Below, in pieces: positions 59,181 to 64,000 of a stretch of 64,000 nt of DNA. Under the pieces are notes generated by a model. That model saw nothing but the letters and a program-made list of their open reading frames with translations. It was not told the origin of the DNA and did not search any database. The position numbers were made by a program, and so were the translations under genes. Numbering within the stretch: position 1 is the stretch's first letter; every line of letters begins with the position of its first letter. The stretch spans positions 792,007-856,006 of the forward strand of contig JACROE010000002.1 of the NCBI GenBank assembly GCA_016214565.1, written 5' to 3'. Origin of the DNA: Candidatus Kerfeldbacteria bacterium. Lineage in GTDB: Bacteria > Patescibacteriota > Patescibacteriia > UBA10025 > JAHIVO01.

Positions 59181-59516
59181 ATGCTTCATCAGATGTCACT
59201 CCGACCAAAACCGTTTGAATTGATTCAGACTGGGCGGAAAACAGTTGAACTGCGATTGTGGGATGAGAAACGCCAACGAATTCAAGCTGGCGATGAGATT
59301 GTATTTACCCACATTGAAACCGGCGAAACATTGCGTGTCGTGGTTGAGGGACTGACCCACGCAAAAACGTTTGATGAATTGTTGCAGATTATTCCCATTG
59401 AACAATCAGGACGCAGCAAACCACAGGAGGTTTTGACCGCACTTAACACGATTTATTCTGCAGAAAAGCTAAGGGATTATACAGTTGTCGGCATTCATAT
59501 TCGTCTGCTGGCCTAG
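59181..59516 (+). CDS. ASCH/PUA-like domain protein
   Basis: FELIQTGRKTVELRLWDEKR..IQAGD.I.F. Confidence 0.88.
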   Translation: MLHQMSLRPKPFELIQTGRKTVELRLWDEKRQRIQAGDEIVFTHIETGETLRVVVEGLTHAKTFDELLQIIPIEQSGRSKPQEVLTALNTIYSAEKLRDYTVVGIHIRLLA

Positions 59517-59595
59517 CTGCTGCAGTGGTTTCCAATTGCGTTACGCAGATTAAAAAAATATTGTATACTATAAGGACTAACTTATTATACAAAAT

Positions 59596-60162
59596 ATGCG
59601 AAAAAAAATTATTCTTGGCCTTGGCATTGTTCTACTTGCGGTCATCGTTTCGGGCTGCACGAAAACCACAACAAATACCAATAGTGCGTCAACCACCAAT
59701 ACTACCAATTCAACAAACACAACGACCAATACGGGGGCGGCCGATCCTGAAGGAACCATCGTGGTTGATGCCGGTACTGGGACATTGTCTGGTGTTGAAC
59801 CAAGCACGATAGATTTTATTCAAGAAATCTCAACTGGTACCGTCGCTTATCTTGGCTCCAAGGGGGCAACGGCGAACTATACGGTCACTGCCGAACAGGC
59901 GGGAACCTATAAGCTGATGGTGAAGCTTTCTGATGATGGCACCTGGGACAACGGATTTCGTGACGCGGACATTATGGTTAATGGTAATGCAGTTCTTAAG
60001 TACCTTCACACGTCACAAGACACTCGTGGGTGGAAGTGGTTTACTATTGGTAATGCGTCGTTGAAAGTTGGTGACAACACGGTGTCATTTACTAAATCAA
60101 ATGACATGCCCGCAGCATATGCCATGGATGAATTTAAATTCGTTCCCGTTATATTAATTTAG
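59596..60162 (+). CDS. Lipoprotein with a Thr/Asn linker and CBM6/CBM35-like jelly-roll domain
   Basis: VSGC lipobox; YTVTAEQAGTYKL; LKVGDNTVSF. Confidence 0.65.
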   Translation: MRKKIILGLGIVLLAVIVSGCTKTTTNTNSASTTNTTNSTNTTTNTGAADPEGTIVVDAGTGTLSGVEPSTIDFIQEISTGTVAYLGSKGATANYTVTAEQAGTYKLMVKLSDDGTWDNGFRDADIMVNGNAVLKYLHTSQDTRGWKWFTIGNASLKVGDNTVSFTKSNDMPAAYAMDEFKFVPVILI

Positions 60163-60180
60163 CGTTTTTCAATAGATACG

Positions 60181-60936
60181 ATGAGCAATCCAGATCAACC
60201 ACAACCCTCTCCCGAAGAACTCGGGCAAGATGCACAACAAAAAAATGTAGAAAACCCCGCCGAGGCTCAGTCTCAGAGTGCGGAGAAACCAAGCGCCACA
60301 TCGCAAGAGATTTACGACGGATATCTGCGTCAACGGGAAGAAGCGCTTGGCTCTGATAATCGGTATTTCGCTAAACAACATTTTGGCTATGAGGTGACTG
60401 ATGAAGAAGAATTGATGATGTACTATATTGCCAATGGCGGAGCAACTGGTTTTCGTGAGCGGAAAGAAGCGCGGGAGCGAGAACACAAGCAAGAAGCGCC
60501 TGAACAGGTAGTCGCACCCAAAACAGTCTACCATGGTTCCGTGACATCCGGGATCGAGGAATTGGAACCACGGCGGCGGTCGATACCCGGCGGGGCTGAT
60601 CCGGAGACGCACCCGGCGCTCATTTATGGTTCAGATAATCCCGCTTTCGCTGCTGCACATTCGTTTCTTTGGGGCACGGATGAGGGATTTGATCTTTCGG
60701 TGGAAAACGGTGCCGTTCTTTTCAGGGTACCCGAGGATCTACGTGACAGGTTATTGGTACCCGTCCACCTCTACACGTTAGACGGAAAGAATTTCAAGCT
60801 CACGCCTGGGGAGGGCACTGGGCATACGTTTCACACGGACCAGCCTGTTAAGCCGAGTTTGGCTGAATCGTTCGCATCAGTAACGGAAGCGATTGAGCAC
60901 TTCGGTGGCAGGGTGGAGTTCTACACTCCGGAGTAG
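60181..60936 (+). CDS. Hypothetical protein with a C-terminal ADP-ribosyltransferase-like domain
   Basis: VYHGS..GIEELEPR and LIYGS..AFAAAH resemble the H-Y-E/Arr-like ART core. Confidence 0.5.
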   Translation: MSNPDQPQPSPEELGQDAQQKNVENPAEAQSQSAEKPSATSQEIYDGYLRQREEALGSDNRYFAKQHFGYEVTDEEELMMYYIANGGATGFRERKEAREREHKQEAPEQVVAPKTVYHGSVTSGIEELEPRRRSIPGGADPETHPALIYGSDNPAFAAAHSFLWGTDEGFDLSVENGAVLFRVPEDLRDRLLVPVHLYTLDGKNFKLTPGEGTGHTFHTDQPVKPSLAESFASVTEAIEHFGGRVEFYTPE

Positions 60937-60963
60937 CAATAGTAAGCAGAATAGTTGAGCATA

Positions 60964-61149
60964 AAGTAAAAAGAGTACCGAAGCACTCTTTTGAGATATG
61001 TCATTGCCGCGATCACCACTTGGCAATGGAATTGCGCGAGGCATAGACTGAAATTCAGTCGAGCCCGCCGGTGGTGAACAATAATTTCCGAGCCCGAAAA
61101 TTAGGGGGTGCAAAAGTAAATTTGGGATAGGGAGAAGGGGCGAGGATTA
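60964..61149 (-). ncRNA. Candidate C/U-rich structured small RNA 2 (about 185 nt)
   Basis: TTGACA(61183-61178)-N17-TATGCT; C/U-rich 5' part, three hairpins, terminator AAAAGAGUGC-UUCG-GUACUCUUUU. Confidence 0.6.
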
Positions 61150-61248
61150 ATACGAGCATAGCGAATTGCGGTGCCCGTGTCAATAAGTAAAAAAACCGGC
61201 TCCTTGCGTTGCACAGGAGCCGGGTTACATGGTCAGTTGCTGGTTCAA

Positions 61249-63303
61249 TTATTTTTGCACTTGCACACTGCCTACCCCTGAAGGCAGCGTGAGAATGCGG
61301 TTTTGTTTTCCCGAAAGCGAGACCCAATACAGGCCTTGCTCGGCACGGACTGCGACTGCGGAAAAGTCGGGCGACCAGTCGATCCAGTATATTCCCACAT
61401 CTTGCATGAGAATAGTCTGGGTGTTCCAGTCGTTCGGTTCTCCGAGCGTAAGCTGGTGGCCACTAAACCAGGTTAGATAGTGAGTACGGTCGTCCGTAAA
61501 AAATAACGGTCCGAACCCTTTCTCTGAGAGCTGGTGGAGCGGCGCGAAGGTGCTGTCGGTCAGTTCTGACAGATTGATACTGAAGAGGCCGGCTGGGTTC
61601 CCCATTTTTTTAAATACTGCCAGACTGTCATCCAGCCAGACGGTACTCAGATTTTCGTCGTATTCCGTGGAAAATCTGCCGCTGATGTCACGGGCATTTG
61701 AGCCGTCCGCATTCATCAGATAGAGCCAGCCGTAGTAGCCCCATTCATGGTGGACAAAACTGATGGTTTGCCCATCAGGCAGGTAGACTGGGCAATTATC
61801 ATAGGTAGCAGATTTGCTCCGGTAGAGATGGATGACTTCACCCGTCCCTGGATTGAGCCGGAAGATTCCAGCCCAATATCGGCCAAAGAGAACGTATTGG
61901 CCGTCGGGAGACCAGCTGAAGTCGCTTGAGCGTTGGCCGACGTAATCAGGATACGACCCGATGACATTCCCTTGGGCATCCAGAACCATCAGAGCATTTC
62001 GCCCGGCGTAGACGAGCGCAGATCCGTCTGGCGCCCAGGAAAGCCCTTGGCCGCCCGGCGAATAATCTTCCCGCCATCGGAGGGGGTTGAGGCCGTCCAA
62101 GCCGATCGTGAAGATGGTATCCCCGACGGTATAGATGAGGCGATGATCAGGACAGAGATCCGCCGTGGCATGGTAGCTGTAGCTATTGCCAAAGGTGACC
62201 GCGAATGACTGAACATAGGGGAATCGCCCCGGATGTTGCACGATAAGTTCGTATTGACCGTCGCTCACTGAGTCTACATAGATTGGCGTGGTGCCGAGTG
62301 GCAGACCGTTGAGCGTTACAGTTCCAGCGCCATATGGCGAAGTAACCGTCAGCGTGGCGGGCGTAGGATTGAGATTGGTACCGATGCCAATGGTTGTATT
62401 GGCTATGATGGTGACCATCGTTTCCCACGATCGGTAACGGTCTCGTATGATACGAATTGTATGCTCACCGGTAGGGATGCCAGAGAGCCTGGCAGGCGTG
62501 GTTGATCCGGTCAGTACACCGTCTATCAAGATAGCTGCGCCTTCAGGAATGGACCATACATCCAGCATACCGGTTTGGTGCACGAGGGTGGCCGCCACCA
62601 TGACCGTATCAAAGGCGATCACGGTTTGATTTGACGTCCAATCTTCATAATCGGGAAGCGATAGCCGAATATGGTGAGTGGTCGCCAACAGGCCGGAGAT
62701 GACACTCGGCGTCGTCAGGTAGGTGTCCTGGTTGTCCACGAAGATTGGCGCTCCGGGCGGTTCGGATGTAATCATCAGCGAGCCTTCAAGCTTGCGCATG
62801 ATTGCATGTATTTTCAGCGTATCACCCGTGGTGTGATGGATGGCGGTATCCCAGTCGGCGTAGTCAGGATGGGTGAGTTTGATGGTCACCGTGCCGGTGT
62901 CGATCCAGGTGATGAAGGGTGTCGGCTGAAGCAGGTAATTCCGGAAATTGACCGTGGCTCCGGTCGGGTCAGACGTAATCACCATCGGATGTATCATGGC
63001 TTGTATCAGTGTCACGCGGAGCGTGTCAATTGCTCCGGGAGCAATCGACACGGAATCTTGCCAGTGGTAGTAGTTCCACTGGCTGATGCGGATGGAGTAC
63101 TTCTGGTTCGCCACGAGGTTGATCGTGAGCGGCGTGCGCTGTCCGAGCAATTGATCGTTGCTGTAGACATTGGCAACGGCCGGATCAGTGATAACCACGA
63201 GCGTGCCGATAGTCGGCTTTGGCGGTTCGGTCGGCTTGTCTTTACAAGCCAAGCACAGCAGTATGGCTACCGCCAGGCTGAGTAGAGAAAAACGGGTATA
63301 CAT
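61249..63303 (-). CDS. Lipoprotein with several PEGA repeats and a TolB-like (PD40) beta-propeller
   Basis: LAC-KDKPTEP lipobox; repeated ITSxPxGA..TP; WAPDG/WSPDG repeats; AAGGAGG SD; TTGACG-N17-TAAGAT. Confidence 0.85.
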   Translation of the reverse strand: MYTRFSLLSLAVAILLCLACKDKPTEPPKPTIGTLVVITDPAVANVYSNDQLLGQRTPLTINLVANQKYSIRISQWNYYHWQDSVSIAPGAIDTLRVTLIQAMIHPMVITSDPTGATVNFRNYLLQPTPFITWIDTGTVTIKLTHPDYADWDTAIHHTTGDTLKIHAIMRKLEGSLMITSEPPGAPIFVDNQDTYLTTPSVISGLLATTHHIRLSLPDYEDWTSNQTVIAFDTVMVAATLVHQTGMLDVWSIPEGAAILIDGVLTGSTTPARLSGIPTGEHTIRIIRDRYRSWETMVTIIANTTIGIGTNLNPTPATLTVTSPYGAGTVTLNGLPLGTTPIYVDSVSDGQYELIVQHPGRFPYVQSFAVTFGNSYSYHATADLCPDHRLIYTVGDTIFTIGLDGLNPLRWREDYSPGGQGLSWAPDGSALVYAGRNALMVLDAQGNVIGSYPDYVGQRSSDFSWSPDGQYVLFGRYWAGIFRLNPGTGEVIHLYRSKSATYDNCPVYLPDGQTISFVHHEWGYYGWLYLMNADGSNARDISGRFSTEYDENLSTVWLDDSLAVFKKMGNPAGLFSINLSELTDSTFAPLHQLSEKGFGPLFFTDDRTHYLTWFSGHQLTLGEPNDWNTQTILMQDVGIYWIDWSPDFSAVAVRAEQGLYWVSLSGKQNRILTLPSGVGSVQVQK

Positions 63304-63460
63304 GAGTTCCTCCTTGGAAGGGTATCTAGGTCAGTGTTATTTTGCTATTAATGTTGCTTTTTTCAGGCGTTTGTTTCGAAACCAATCTTAGTCCTGTGTG
63401 CAGGAATCGTCAAGCAATACCCGGATTGATTTTTTATGTATAATCAGCCACACTCAGGAT

Positions 63461-64000
63461 ATGAATAATATGGCGCCTCAGCTCGAAGACTATCAGCATA
63501 TTAAGGAGAAGATTGTTGATTATTTATCTCGGCAAGGATTCTCCGAAAAGAAGCTGCTGCAAAAGGTGACTGACCTGAAGCGCCATTACCCGCGCACCCA
63601 GCGGTATTTTTTCTATACTCCGGAGCATGTCCAGCGGGTGATTGATGAATTGAAAGAAGCTGGTCTGATTGACGATCGTCGGTATGCCGAAGAAGTGTTA
63701 CGGCAGTTGCGTGACCGGAAAGACGGTGTTCATCGCATTAAACAAAAGATGTATCGCCGATTAATTCCCAAGCAGATCATTGAAGATGTGCTCCGTGGGT
63801 GGCAGACTGAAGGTCTACCCCAGGATTACACCGCTATCATTCGTGAGACAAAAAGAAAGCTTGAACGCTTGCGGGAAAAACATCCATCAAAAAAGGAAGC
63901 GTATAAGATTAAGTCAAAATTATTCGCTTTCCTTGGCCAGAAGGGGTATACGGTAGAAGAAATAAAAGACATAATCATCCAAGCTGAAAAATTAATAACT
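63461..64000 (+). CDS. recX: Regulatory protein RecX (3'-truncated by the window edge, not in the ORF track)
   Basis: YLSRQGFSEKKL, VIDELKEAGLIDDRRYA, G.HRIKQKM, FLGQKGY. Confidence 0.8.
   Translation, partial: MNNMAPQLEDYQHIKEKIVDYLSRQGFSEKKLLQKVTDLKRHYPRTQRYFFYTPEHVQRVIDELKEAGLIDDRRYAEEVLRQLRDRKDGVHRIKQKMYRRLIPKQIIEDVLRGWQTEGLPQDYTAIIRETKRKLERLREKHPSKKEAYKIKSKLFAFLGQKGYTVEEIKDIIIQAEKLIT

Overview
This 64 kb looks like chromosome from a small-genome bacterium, most likely Patescibacteria (CPR). That lineage call is my inference from the TrbC/VirB2-like pilin, type-2 IleRS, GlyQS, short ATP synthase delta subunit, membrane-anchored Clp ATPase and Asn/Thr-rich surface proteins. The backbone is mostly + strand housekeeping genes: ileS, recO, tgt, pgpA, Clp ATPase, cyclophilin, glyQS, M16 peptidase, rsmI, metG, tatD, rmuC, a NatAB-like ABC exporter, a complete F1Fo operon, a DEAD-box helicase and recX. 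A heliorhodopsin is also present. Several backbone genes have a -10 box only 6-9 nt before the ATG and no Shine-Dalgarno (SD), so they look leaderless. About 20 self-contained single-gene units are scattered between them. Each has a near-consensus TTGACA-N17-TAnnnT promoter and usually a GGAGG SD and its own intrinsic terminator, often with a boxA-like motif. Their cargo is orphan microproteins, Zn-finger peptides and degenerate look-alikes of core proteins (bS21, ACP without the Ser, UbiA without motif 1, half of PurH). Main highlights: (1) a SAM-I riboswitch variant with a terminator/antiterminator that controls a 71-aa orphan; (2) two promoter- and terminator-bounded, ORF-free, C/U-rich candidate sRNAs with anti-SD-like tracts; (3) an antisense 36-aa Cys-rich microprotein unit inside the atp operon; (4) two genes flanked by direct repeats of a promoter or a terminator; (5) an in-frame palindromic insertion in glyQS. 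I saw no rRNA, tRNA, CRISPR, integrase or transposase. All assignments come from motif recognition by eye; no database searches were run.
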